Notes: a model not told the origin generated them from the letters alone. 64,000 nucleotides of DNA from an uncultured Planctomycetales bacterium (GCA_964487475.1 CAZAPM010000001.1:122086-186085); one strand, 5' to 3'; shown: positions 54,829-63,551, counted from the stretch's first letter. Program-made: numbers and translations.

Positions 54829-55998
54829 ATGAAGATCGAGACCAGGCTGGCGGAGAGGCTCAAGAAGGTCAAGCCTTCTTCCACGCTGGCTATCACCAGT
54901 AAGGCGAAGAAGCTCAAGGCCGAAGGCAGGGACGTGGTGTCCTTTGCCGCGGGAGAACCCGATTTCGATACGCCGGATTTCGTCAAGCAGGCGGCGATCG
55001 AGGCGATCAACGCGGGGTTCACCAAGTATACCCCGACCACGGGGATCCCTGAGCTCAAAAAAGCGGTGTGCGATAAGTTCCGCAAGGATAACGGGCTGGA
55101 GTATGTCCCGGAGCAGGTGGTGGTCTCCTGCGGCGCGAAGCACAGCATCTTCAACGCGCTGTTCGTGCTGGCGGAGAAGGGGGATGAGGTGCTGATCCCC
55201 TCGCCGTACTGGGTAAGCTACCCGGAAATGACCAATCTCTGCGGCGCTACCCCGCGGTTCATCAAGACGGATGCCGAGAACGGCTTCAAGATGACCCTGG
55301 AGGACCTGGAGCGTAACTTAAGCGCCGGGGCGAAAGTGCTCATCCTCAACAGCCCGTCCAACCCGACGGGAAGCGTCTATTCCGCGAAGGAACTGCAGGA
55401 GATCGCGAAACTGTGCGTGGCCAAAAAGGTGTTCGTGATCTCGGATGAGATCTACGAGAAGATCATGTATGACGGCGTGACCCATACTTCGATCGCTTCC
55501 TTCGGGCCGGAGATCTACGACCTGACCATCACCGTCAACGGGCTTTCCAAAAGCCACTCCATGACCGGCTGGCGAATCGGCTATATGGCGGGTCCTAAGG
55601 ATGTGATGGAGGCGGTCTCCAAGGTGCAGGACCATACCACTTCCAATCCTGCGTCCATGGCGCAGAAGGCGGCGCTGGCGGCATTGACCTCGCCGGACGA
55701 TTTCGGGAAGAAGATGGCGCAGGAGTTCCAGAAGCGCCGGGATTGCCTGATCGGCCGGGTGCAGAAGATCCCTAAGATGAAGCTGGTGCGGCCGCAGGGA
55801 GCGTTCTACCTTTTCTGCGATATCTCGAAGACAGGGATGGGGTCGGTCGAGTTCGCGACCCGGCTGCTGGACGAGGAGTATGTGGCGGTGATCCCGGGGG
55901 ATTCCTTCGGGGCGGATGAATTCGTGCGGTTCAGTTTTGCCACCAGCATCGATCAGATCAACAAAGGTTTAGACCGTATAGAGAAATGGATCAAATAA
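54829..55998 (+). CDS. aspartate/aromatic aminotransferase (class I PLP fold)
   Basis: SFAAGEPDFDTP. NSPSNPTGSVY. SKSHSMTGWRIGY (PLP lysine). Confidence 0.9.
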   Translation: MKIETRLAERLKKVKPSSTLAITSKAKKLKAEGRDVVSFAAGEPDFDTPDFVKQAAIEAINAGFTKYTPTTGIPELKKAVCDKFRKDNGLEYVPEQVVVSCGAKHSIFNALFVLAEKGDEVLIPSPYWVSYPEMTNLCGATPRFIKTDAENGFKMTLEDLERNLSAGAKVLILNSPSNPTGSVYSAKELQEIAKLCVAKKVFVISDEIYEKIMYDGVTHTSIASFGPEIYDLTITVNGLSKSHSMTGWRIGYMAGPKDVMEAVSKVQDHTTSNPASMAQKAALAALTSPDDFGKKMAQEFQKRRDCLIGRVQKIPKMKLVRPQGAFYLFCDISKTGMGSVEFATRLLDEEYVAVIPGDSFGADEFVRFSFATSIDQINKGLDRIEKWIK

Positions 55999-57254
55999 TG
56001 GGACAGACGATCGCGGAGAAGATATTGAGCGCCCACTGCGGGAAGAAGGTGTACGCAGGGGATTTTGCCATCTGCAAGGTGGATTTCACCTTCGGACAGG
56101 ACGGCACCTCGTCGATCATCATCGACCGGGTCAAGGAATTGGGGCTCTCGAAGGCCAAGACGAAGTTCTGCATGGTCATCGACCACAGCTCTCCTTCGCC
56201 CAGCGAAGGGGTTTCCCGGGTGCACAAGAAGATGCGCACCTTCGCCTCGGATTTCGGGGTGGGGCTGTATGACATCGGCTGCGGGGTGTGCCATCAGGTG
56301 ATCCCGGAATCCGGGGAGATCAAGCCCGGAGACCTGGTCCTGGGCGCGGATTCCCATACCTGCACCTACGGCGCGCTGGGTGTGTTCTCGACGGGTGTCG
56401 GCTCGACCGACCTGGCGATCGCGCTGACCACGGGCAAGAACTGGTTCAAGGTGCCCGAGACCTACAAGATCGTGGTCAAGGGAAAGCTTCCCAAGGGCGT
56501 GTACGCGAAGGATATCATCCTGCATATCATCACCGACTTGACCGCGGACGGGGCGACCTACAAGGCGGTCGAGTTTTGCGGGCCGGTCATGGACGCGCTG
56601 GATATAGACGGCCGCATGACCATTTCCAATATGGCGGTGGAGATGGGAGCGAAGGCGGGTTTCATGCCGGTGGATGAGAAGACGGTGGCGTGGTTCAAGG
56701 CCCGGGGGCTTAAGGCTAAAGATATCCCCCTGATCAAAGCCGACCCTGACGCAAAGTACGAACGTGTGATAGAATATGACGTGACCAAACTCACTCCCCA
56801 GGTGGCCAAGCCCCATGCGGTGGACAATACCGTGCCGCTGGCGAAGGTGAAGGGGACCAAGATCGACGAGGCGTACATCGGCACCTGCACCAACGGCCGG
56901 CTGGCGGATCTTAAGCTCGCGGCGAAGGTGCTCAAGGGAAGGACGGTGCATCCTTCGGTCAAGTTGATCATCGCTCCGGCTTCGCGGGAAATATATCTCG
57001 AGGCGCTTAAGGCCGGGTATGTGGATACGTTCGTCAAGTCCGGCGCGGTGATCGTGGCGCCGGGCTGCGGGCCCTGCGTGGGCACGCACAACGGCGTTCC
57101 GGCTGACGGGGAGTCGGTCATCTCGACGGCAAACAGGAATTTCAAGGGCCGCATGGGGAATCCCAATGCGTTCATTTATCTTGGTTCGCCTGCCACGGTC
57201 GCGGCTTCCGCGTTGACGGGCAGGATCACCGATCCGGTAAAGTACTTATCATAA
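55998..57254 (+). CDS. leuC: 3-isopropylmalate/(homo)aconitate dehydratase large subunit (LeuC family, ~420-aa archaeal type)
   Basis: Aconitase-family Fe-S ligands: GADSHTCTYGALG, GTCTNGR, GCGPCVG. Start could alternatively be 55986. Confidence 0.9.
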   Translation: MGQTIAEKILSAHCGKKVYAGDFAICKVDFTFGQDGTSSIIIDRVKELGLSKAKTKFCMVIDHSSPSPSEGVSRVHKKMRTFASDFGVGLYDIGCGVCHQVIPESGEIKPGDLVLGADSHTCTYGALGVFSTGVGSTDLAIALTTGKNWFKVPETYKIVVKGKLPKGVYAKDIILHIITDLTADGATYKAVEFCGPVMDALDIDGRMTISNMAVEMGAKAGFMPVDEKTVAWFKARGLKAKDIPLIKADPDAKYERVIEYDVTKLTPQVAKPHAVDNTVPLAKVKGTKIDEAYIGTCTNGRLADLKLAAKVLKGRTVHPSVKLIIAPASREIYLEALKAGYVDTFVKSGAVIVAPGCGPCVGTHNGVPADGESVISTANRNFKGRMGNPNAFIYLGSPATVAASALTGRITDPVKYLS

Positions 57255-57270
57255 CCTTCGAGGGGTAGCT

Positions 57271-58317
57271 ATGGAAATCAGGGACCTGCTGGTGATGTGT
57301 ATCGACAAGAAGGCTTCCGATCTTCATTTGACGGAGAACGAGCCTCCGATCCTGCGCATCAACGGTAAACTGCACCGCATGCCGGGGGATAAACTTCCCG
57401 CTGCAGAGCTCAAGAAGATGATCTACAGCGTCCTGACGAATACCCAGAAGGAGATGTTCGAGCGCGACCTGGAGCTGGATTTCTCCGTGGCGCTTCCGGG
57501 GCTCGACCGTTTCCGTGTCAACGTGCATATGCAGAAGGGGTCGGTGGAATCGGCGTTTCGGCGCGTGCCGCTGGTGATCCCGAGCGTGGATGATTTGGGG
57601 CTGCCGCAGATCGTGCTGGACTTAGGGCGCAGGCCCAACGGCCTGGTGCTGGTGACCGGGCCTACCGGCGTGGGCAAGACCACCACGCTCGCCTCGATCA
57701 TCAACATGATCAACAACGAGCGCGAGTGCCTGATCATGACCATCGAGGACCCCATCGAGTTCATCTATGCCAACAAGAAGGCGATCATCAAGCAGCGCGA
57801 AGTCTATGCGGATACCCATTCTTTCGCCGATGCGCTCAAGCACTGCCTGCGCCAGGATCCCAACGTCATCGTGGTCGGAGAGATGCGCGACTTGGAGACC
57901 ATCTCCACGGCGCTGACCGCGGCGGAGACGGGTCACTTGGTGTTCGCCACGCTGCATACTCCCGATGCGCCCCAGACCATCGAGCGTATCATCGACGTGT
58001 TCCCTCCGCACCAGCAGCAGCAGGTGAAGCTTCAGCTCGCCGACTGTCTCCAGGGTGTGGTGTCCCAGCTCCTGCTCCCTAAGGTTGACGGGAACAGCCG
58101 GGTGCTGGCCACCGAGATCATGATCGCCACCCCCGGTATCCGCAACCTGATCCGCGAGCAGGAGATCGAGCAGATCCCCACCCTGATGCAGACCGGAAGC
58201 CAGTACGGGATGAAGACTATGGACCGTTCCCTGAAGGACCTTTACCAGAAGGGGATCATCAGCCTTGATTCGGCCATGTCCAAGGTCAAGAACGTCGACG
58301 AATTCAAACAGCTTTAA
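57271..58317 (+). CDS. pilT: type IV pilus retraction ATPase PilT
   Basis: GPTGVGKTT Walker A. EDPIEF. VGEMRDLET. AETGHLVFATLHT. PilT signature GIRNLIRE. Confidence 0.9.
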   Translation: MEIRDLLVMCIDKKASDLHLTENEPPILRINGKLHRMPGDKLPAAELKKMIYSVLTNTQKEMFERDLELDFSVALPGLDRFRVNVHMQKGSVESAFRRVPLVIPSVDDLGLPQIVLDLGRRPNGLVLVTGPTGVGKTTTLASIINMINNERECLIMTIEDPIEFIYANKKAIIKQREVYADTHSFADALKHCLRQDPNVIVVGEMRDLETISTALTAAETGHLVFATLHTPDAPQTIERIIDVFPPHQQQQVKLQLADCLQGVVSQLLLPKVDGNSRVLATEIMIATPGIRNLIREQEIEQIPTLMQTGSQYGMKTMDRSLKDLYQKGIISLDSAMSKVKNVDEFKQL

Positions 58318-58343
58318 ACCATACGGTATTCGAGAGGCACACG

Positions 58344-58844
58344 ATGAAAATAGAAGGCAACGCGATCAAGATCGGCGATAACATCAATACGGACTTTATC
58401 ATCTCCGGACGTTACAAGTTCTCCATCACGGATATGAAGGAGTTGGCGAAGCATATCATGGAGGACCTCGATCCGGAGTTCCCTAAGAAGATCACCCCCG
58501 GGAAATCCATCATGGTCGCGGGAAGCAATTTCGGGATGGGGTCGTCGAGAGAGCAGGCTCCGCTGGTGATCAAAGAGGCGGGGATCACCGCGGTCATGGC
58601 CAAGAGCTTTGCCCGGATATTCTTCCGCAACGGTTTCAACGTCGGGCTCGCCCTGATCGAGTGCGATACGGATAAGATCGGGGATAAGGACGAGCTTTCC
58701 ATCGACCTTGACCGCGGGGTGGTGCGCAATATCACCCGCAATATCGAGCTGGTCTTCAAGCCCCTGCCCGTGTTTATGCAGGAGCTCCTGAAAGAGGGCG
58801 GGGTCGTCAATTACTATAAGAAACACGGCGAACTAAAAGTTTAG
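58344..58844 (+). CDS. leuD: 3-isopropylmalate/(homo)aconitate dehydratase small subunit (LeuD family)
   Basis: GDNINTDFIISGRYKF, GSNFGMGSSREQAP, FARIFFRN. Confidence 0.9.
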   Translation: MKIEGNAIKIGDNINTDFIISGRYKFSITDMKELAKHIMEDLDPEFPKKITPGKSIMVAGSNFGMGSSREQAPLVIKEAGITAVMAKSFARIFFRNGFNVGLALIECDTDKIGDKDELSIDLDRGVVRNITRNIELVFKPLPVFMQELLKEGGVVNYYKKHGELKV

Positions 58845-58868
58845 GGACGCCCCTAAAGGGGACACCCC
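58843..58868 (+). repeat. degenerate copy (D) of the AGGGACGG inverted-repeat element family (AGGGACG + CCCCTAAAGGGGACAC)
   Basis: Shares the left terminus AGGGACG and the internal GGGGACAC hairpin with the copy at 63134-63206. Located at the leuD stop, in the leuD-leuB spacer. Confidence 0.5.
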
Positions 58869-58878
58869 TTATACGAAA

Positions 58879-59979
58879 ATGACGCATAAAATTACATTAA
58901 TTCCCGGTGACGGGATCGGTCCGGAAGTGGCTCTCGCGGCAAAACGCTGTATCGACGCGACGGGTGTCAAGATCGAGTGGGAGGAAGTGATCGCCGGCCA
59001 GGCGGCCCTGGAGAAGTTCGGGGAGCTGCTTCCTGCGGCGGTGCTGGATTCGGTCAAGCGCAACAAAGTCGCGCTCAAGGGGCCGATGACTACCCCCATC
59101 GGCACGGGATTCCGTTCTGTCAACGTGGCGCTGCGCCATGCGCTCGATCTGTATGCCTGCGTGCGGCCGGCCAAGTCTTACCCCGGGGTCAAGAGCCCGT
59201 ATAAGGATATCGACCTGGTCATTGTCCGCGAGAACAGCGAGGACCTTTACGCGGGGATTGAGTTCGAGATGGATAAGCCCGAGACCAGGGCCTTGATCGC
59301 AGAGATCGAAAAAGGCTCCAGGAAAAAGATACTTCCCGATTCGGGGATCTCGATCAAGCCTATCTCGGTGACCGCAACCCGCCGCATCGTCAAGTACGCC
59401 TTCGAATACGCCCTGGCTCACCGCCGGAAGAAAGTGACCGTGGTCACCAAGGCGAACATCATGAAGTTCACCGACGGGCTGTTCCTCAAGACTGCCCGCG
59501 AGGTGGCCAAGGAATACGAGGGAAGGGTACAGTTCGAGGAGGCGCTGGTCGATGCCATGGCCATGCAGCTGGTGCAAAAGCCGCACTCCTACGATATCCT
59601 CTGCCTGCCGAACCTTTACGGTGATATCATCTCGGACCTTTGCGCCGGTTTGATCGGCGGATTGGGAATCGCGCCCGGGTCCAATATCGGCGACGGCATG
59701 GCGGTATTCGAGGCGGTGCACGGTTCTGCTCCCAAATATGCCGGACAGAACAAGGTGAACCCTACCGCGATGATCCTTTCCGGGGTGCTGATGCTGCGCT
59801 ACCTTAACGAGGGCAAGGCTGCGGATGCGCTGGAAGGCGCGCTTACGGCCGTGCTGGCCGAGGGTAAGGATGTCACGTATGATCTTAAGCCTTCGCGCGA
59901 GGATCCGACCGCGGTAGGCACCAGCCAGATGGCGGATGCCATTATTAAAAAAATAGGGGACACTTCTAACCGTAAATGA
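58879..59979 (+). CDS. isopropylmalate/isocitrate dehydrogenase family enzyme (LeuB or NAD-IDH)
   Basis: IPGDGIGPEV. Conserved substrate-binding SVNVALR. GDIISDL. Cluster context with leuCD favours LeuB, but the adjacent mdh leaves IDH possible. Confidence 0.85.
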   Translation: MTHKITLIPGDGIGPEVALAAKRCIDATGVKIEWEEVIAGQAALEKFGELLPAAVLDSVKRNKVALKGPMTTPIGTGFRSVNVALRHALDLYACVRPAKSYPGVKSPYKDIDLVIVRENSEDLYAGIEFEMDKPETRALIAEIEKGSRKKILPDSGISIKPISVTATRRIVKYAFEYALAHRRKKVTVVTKANIMKFTDGLFLKTAREVAKEYEGRVQFEEALVDAMAMQLVQKPHSYDILCLPNLYGDIISDLCAGLIGGLGIAPGSNIGDGMAVFEAVHGSAPKYAGQNKVNPTAMILSGVLMLRYLNEGKAADALEGALTAVLAEGKDVTYDLKPSREDPTAVGTSQMADAIIKKIGDTSNRK

Positions 59980-59990
59980 GAACCGTCCCT
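59956..59990 (+). repeat. half copy (C) of the AGGGACGG inverted-repeat element (GGGGACACTTCT...GAGAACCGTCCCT), embedded in the leuB/mdh junction
   Basis: The 12-mer GGGGACACTTCT is identical to the copy at 63171-63182, and the right terminus AGAACCGTCCCT is shared with the other copies. It encodes the last 8 codons and TGA of the dehydrogenase, and the ATG plus first 5 codons (MRTVPK) of mdh. Confidence 0.7.
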
Positions 59991-60911
59991 AAGATTTCGA
60001 TTATCGGAGCGGGGAATGTAGGCGGGATGACCGCCATGCGCATCGCCCAGGAGGATCTGGGAGAGGTGGCGCTGATCGATATCGCCAAAGGCCTGGCAAA
60101 AGCCAAAGCCTGCGATATGGACGATTCCCGCCAGGTCCTCGGCAACGGTTTCCGGATCACCGGCAGCGAGGATATGTCCGCGCTCTCGGGATCGGAGGTA
60201 GTGGTGGTGACCGCCGGCCTGGCCCGCAGGCCGGGGATGACCAGGGAGGACCTGCTGGCTAAGAACGCGCAGATCCTCAAAGAAGTGTGCTCTGCCGTAA
60301 AGGCGCACGCTTCCCAGGCGATCCTGGTGGTGGTGACCAATCCTTTGGATATCATGACCAGGTATGCCTTGAGCGTGACCGGATTCCCCCGGGAGCGCGT
60401 GATCGGGATGGGTTTAAGCCTGGATGCGTCCCGTTTCGCCAATCTGATCGCAGGAGAATTATCCGTACCCGTGACATCGGTCGATCCGTGCGTGATCGGA
60501 AGCCACGGAGAGGGGATGATGCCCTTGCCGCGTTTTACCACCGTCAACGGCAAGCCTTTGTCTAAGCTCGTTTCTCCCGAGAAGGCCCAGGAGCTGGTCG
60601 CCCGCACGGTATCCCGCGGCGCCGAGATCGTCGGGCTTTACGGCAGCGGGAGCGCGTATTTCGCGCCGTCGGCTTCTTCCGCCTGCCTGGTGCGCGCCAT
60701 CCTCAAGGACGAGAAGCGGACCATCGGCGTCTCCTGTTTCCTCCAGGGTGAATACGGGATCAAGGATACCTGTATCGGCGTGCCCTGCGTCATCGGCCGC
60801 AAAGGTATCGAGAAAGTGGTGGCCCTGGACCTGGATGCCCAGGAGAGCGCTGCGCTGCAGTCTTCCGCCGGAAAGCTGGCCGCGCAGTGTGTGTCCCTTA
60901 CCGCAGCATAA
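59976..60911 (+). CDS. mdh: malate dehydrogenase (LDH-like MDH family)
   Basis: KISIIGAGNVGG Rossmann motif. LARRPGMTREDLL. VTNPLD. GSHG. Confidence 0.9.
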   Translation: MRTVPKISIIGAGNVGGMTAMRIAQEDLGEVALIDIAKGLAKAKACDMDDSRQVLGNGFRITGSEDMSALSGSEVVVVTAGLARRPGMTREDLLAKNAQILKEVCSAVKAHASQAILVVVTNPLDIMTRYALSVTGFPRERVIGMGLSLDASRFANLIAGELSVPVTSVDPCVIGSHGEGMMPLPRFTTVNGKPLSKLVSPEKAQELVARTVSRGAEIVGLYGSGSAYFAPSASSACLVRAILKDEKRTIGVSCFLQGEYGIKDTCIGVPCVIGRKGIEKVVALDLDAQESAALQSSAGKLAAQCVSLTAA

Positions 60912-60924
60912 TCAGCGAGGGCTT

Positions 60925-62220
60925 ATGCGTTACGATGTCGCGATCATCGGCGCAGGATGGGCGGGGTTCAACGCCGCCCGCCTTGCCCATGCGGCAGGCA
61001 AAAAAGTCGTACTCATCGAGCCGGGCCCGCTCGGCGGCACCTGTCTTAACCGGGGCTGCATTCCTACCAAAGCCCTGATCCAATCCGCAAAAGTCTTCTC
61101 TACCGTAAAAAAAGCCCATACCTTCGGCATCCAGACCTGTGCGCCGGTCATTTCTTTTAGCGCGGTGCAGTCGCGCAAGGACAGGATCGTGCAAAAGCTG
61201 GCGCAGGGGTTGGCGTATCTCCTTAAGCAGATCGAGGTGGTGCCGTCCCCCGGGATCTTTCTCGATGCGCATACCATGGACGCTTCGGGCAGGAAGATCG
61301 AGGCGGAATATTTCATCATTGCCACCGGATCTCGCCCGATGTCCTTTCCCGCATTGCCCTTTGACGGCAGCAGGATCATTTCCAGCGATGATGCGCTCTC
61401 TCTGACGGAACTCCCCGGTTCTTTGCTTGCGGTGGGAGGAGGGGTGGTAGGGTGCGAGTTCGCCAGTCTCTTTTCCGTGATGGGCACCAAGGTGACGCTG
61501 GTAGAAAAGATGCCGCAGCTTTTGCCCGGCCAGGACGCCGAGGCGGCCAGGAAGCTCGAGGTGCTGTTCCGTAAGAAGGGGATCACCGTGCATTGCAACG
61601 CGGATGTGTCGGCGTTTGACCTTTCGCAGTATGATAAGGTCCTGGTATGCGTGGGCCGCGCACCGAACATCGAGGGGCTGGGTTTGGACGCCGCCGGGGT
61701 GAAGGTAGAGCACGGGCATGTGGCGGTGGACGGATTCCTGAGGACCAGCGTGCCGCATATCTTTGCCGCCGGTGATTGTGCTTCCCTCATCAAGCTGGCG
61801 CATTTTGCCGCGTATCAGGGAGAGACCGCCGCCTTCAATGCCGCGCATCCGGATACGATGAGGAAAGCGGATAATCTTTCCGTTCCCAGCGCGATATTCA
61901 CCGATCCGGAAGTCGCGTCGGTCGGGATGCTCGAGGAGGAAGCCCGCGCCAAGGGAATTGACTGTGCGGTCAAGAAGTTCGATTTCCTCGGGTCGGGTAT
62001 GGCCAGGATTCTTGATGAGGCGGAGGGTTTTATCAAGGTCGTGGCGGATTCCAAGGACGGCCGGGTGCTGGGCGCAGTGATCGTGGGTCCCAGGGCCACG
62101 GAACTGGCGGCGACACTGACTGTCGCGGTCACGCATCATCTGCGCATCGAGCAGCTTAAGGATACGATCTTCGCGCATCCAACCCTTTCGGAGGGGATAC
62201 TTGATGCTTTACGCGGGTAG
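60925..62220 (+). CDS. lpd: dihydrolipoyl dehydrogenase (E3)
   Basis: YDVAIIGAGWAGF. Redox-active GGTCLNRGCIPTK. Second Rossmann GGGVVGCEFAS. C-terminal HAHPTLSE. Internal ATG 60925 chosen over the track start at 60748. Confidence 0.92.
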   Translation: MRYDVAIIGAGWAGFNAARLAHAAGKKVVLIEPGPLGGTCLNRGCIPTKALIQSAKVFSTVKKAHTFGIQTCAPVISFSAVQSRKDRIVQKLAQGLAYLLKQIEVVPSPGIFLDAHTMDASGRKIEAEYFIIATGSRPMSFPALPFDGSRIISSDDALSLTELPGSLLAVGGGVVGCEFASLFSVMGTKVTLVEKMPQLLPGQDAEAARKLEVLFRKKGITVHCNADVSAFDLSQYDKVLVCVGRAPNIEGLGLDAAGVKVEHGHVAVDGFLRTSVPHIFAAGDCASLIKLAHFAAYQGETAAFNAAHPDTMRKADNLSVPSAIFTDPEVASVGMLEEEARAKGIDCAVKKFDFLGSGMARILDEAEGFIKVVADSKDGRVLGAVIVGPRATELAATLTVAVTHHLRIEQLKDTIFAHPTLSEGILDALRG

Positions 62221-62902
62221 AGCAGAACGCGCAACAGGTACAGCCAGCGTAGTACTCACCCCAGGGATCGTCGATTATTATAAGGCGCTCCAGCTTCAAA
62301 AAGAGCTCCAGGAAAAGGTAATTTCCGGCAGTCTTCCCGGCGCGCTGATCGTCTGCCGCCACGTTCCGGTGATCACGCTGGGGAGGTCAGCCAGCGACGC
62401 CAACCTTATGGCGGAGGCGGAATTGCTCCTCGAGAAGGGGATCGGCGCCTGCCGCACTGACCGGGGAGGGGATGTGACCTACCACGGCCCGGGACAGCTG
62501 GTGGCATATCCGATCTTTAACCTGGAACATCTGCATAAGGATCTGCACTGGTTCCTGCGGCAGCTGGAGGAAGTGGCGATCCGTTTTCTGGCCGGGTGCG
62601 GGGTAACGGGTGAGCGCAAGGCCGGGTTTACCGGGGTGTGGGTGGGCACGCATAAGATCGCTTCGGTCGGGATCTCGGTGCGGCAGTGGGTGACCATGCA
62701 CGGGTTAAGCATCAATATCCGCAGGGATATTCCCGATGGATTCAGCCTGATCAGGCCGTGCGGTCTGGATGTGCGCATGGCGTATGTGCAGGATTTTTTC
62801 GGAAGTTTCATGGACGTGGAAGCTTTTACCGGACAGCTGGTAAAGCAGTTCGGCAAGGTCTTTGGCCTGGAATTCCGTGAGGAGGCGGGTACGCATGATT
62901 AA
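62201..62902 (+). CDS. lipB: lipoyl(octanoyl) transferase
   Basis: RGGDVTYHGPGQLVAYPI and catalytic-region motifs of LipB. Confidence 0.9.
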   Translation: MMLYAGRAERATGTASVVLTPGIVDYYKALQLQKELQEKVISGSLPGALIVCRHVPVITLGRSASDANLMAEAELLLEKGIGACRTDRGGDVTYHGPGQLVAYPIFNLEHLHKDLHWFLRQLEEVAIRFLAGCGVTGERKAGFTGVWVGTHKIASVGISVRQWVTMHGLSINIRRDIPDGFSLIRPCGLDVRMAYVQDFFGSFMDVEAFTGQLVKQFGKVFGLEFREEAGTHD

Positions 62903-63125
62903 GGTGGTTCTTCCTGAACTGGGCGAAAAGGTGGAGAAAGCCACGGTGTCCTACTGGTTCGTGCAGGTAGGGCAGAAGGTGGAGGAGAAGGCTGATCTGG
63001 TCGAGTTGACCACGGATAAGGCGGCGTTCAACCTTCCCAGTCCCGGCGCCGGGACCTTGGCAGAGGTGTTCTTTAAAGAGGGGGATACGGTTAAGGTCGG
63101 CGACTTGCTGGCGATAATCCAGTAA
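62895..63125 (+). CDS. free-standing lipoyl-domain (lipoyl carrier) protein, ~76 aa
   Basis: MIKVVLPELGEKVEKATVSYW...VELTTDKAAFNLPSPGAGTLAEV. Lipoyl-lysine TDKA motif in a single hybrid-barrel domain. 8-nt overlap with lipB. Confidence 0.75.
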   Translation: MIKVVLPELGEKVEKATVSYWFVQVGQKVEEKADLVELTTDKAAFNLPSPGAGTLAEVFFKEGDTVKVGDLLAIIQ

Positions 63126-63133
63126 CAGCTCGT

Positions 63134-63206
63134 AGGGACGGTTCTGGTTTACGGTTAAAAGTGTCCCCCTGGGGACACTTCTCCGAACAAAAACAGAACC
63201 GTCCCT
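63134..63206 (+). repeat. inverted-repeat element, copy B: 13-bp termini AGGGACGGTTCTG / CAGAACCGTCCCT with internal hairpin GTGTCCCC-CT-GGGGACAC; then a T-tract
   Basis: Termini identical to the first 13 nt of the arms of copy A (19298-19407). Located right after the lipoyl-carrier stop. TATTTTTAT follows. Confidence 0.75.
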
Positions 63207-63217
63207 ATTTTTATCTC

Positions 63218-63266
63218 TTGACAACCCATGGCATGGCATGTATATTCTAGATATGCGTAGATATGC
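63218..63266 (+). promoter_or_regulatory. sigma70-type promoter (TTGACA-17-TATATT) with two tandem TAGATATGC repeats just downstream of the -10
   Basis: -35 at 63218-63223. -10 at 63241-63246. Direct repeats at 63248-63256 and 63258-63266 with a 10-bp period. The spacer also carries CATGGCATGGCATG. RBS AGAGGAG at 63281-63287. Confidence 0.55.
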
Positions 63267-63290
63267 CTAAAACAGCGCTAAGAGGAGTAC

Positions 63291-63551
63291 ATGGGTAAGA
63301 ATAGAGAGATCATGACGGCAAAGGAAGTCGCAGAGTACCTTAGCGTACACCCTCTCACGGTGCATAAATACGCGCGGGAGGGGAAGATCCCCGCATTCAA
63401 GATCGGGACGGACTGGAGATTCCACCGTAAATATATAGAGAACTGGATCAAGGATAAGTTAGACGACCGGCCGGTAGTAAAGGCAAAAGATAAAATCAAA
63501 GAGAAGTCGAAGAACGAGCAGCCTGCGGAAAATAACCCGCAGGCTTCTTGA
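63291..63551 (+). CDS. excisionase-family helix-turn-helix DNA-binding protein
   Basis: MTAKEVAEYLSVHPLTVHKYAREGKIPAFKIGTDWRFHRKYIENWI matches the excisionase/MerR-like HTH_17 pattern (...IP..K.G..WRF). Lys/Glu-rich tail. Confidence 0.7.
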   Translation: MGKNREIMTAKEVAEYLSVHPLTVHKYAREGKIPAFKIGTDWRFHRKYIENWIKDKLDDRPVVKAKDKIKEKSKNEQPAENNPQAS

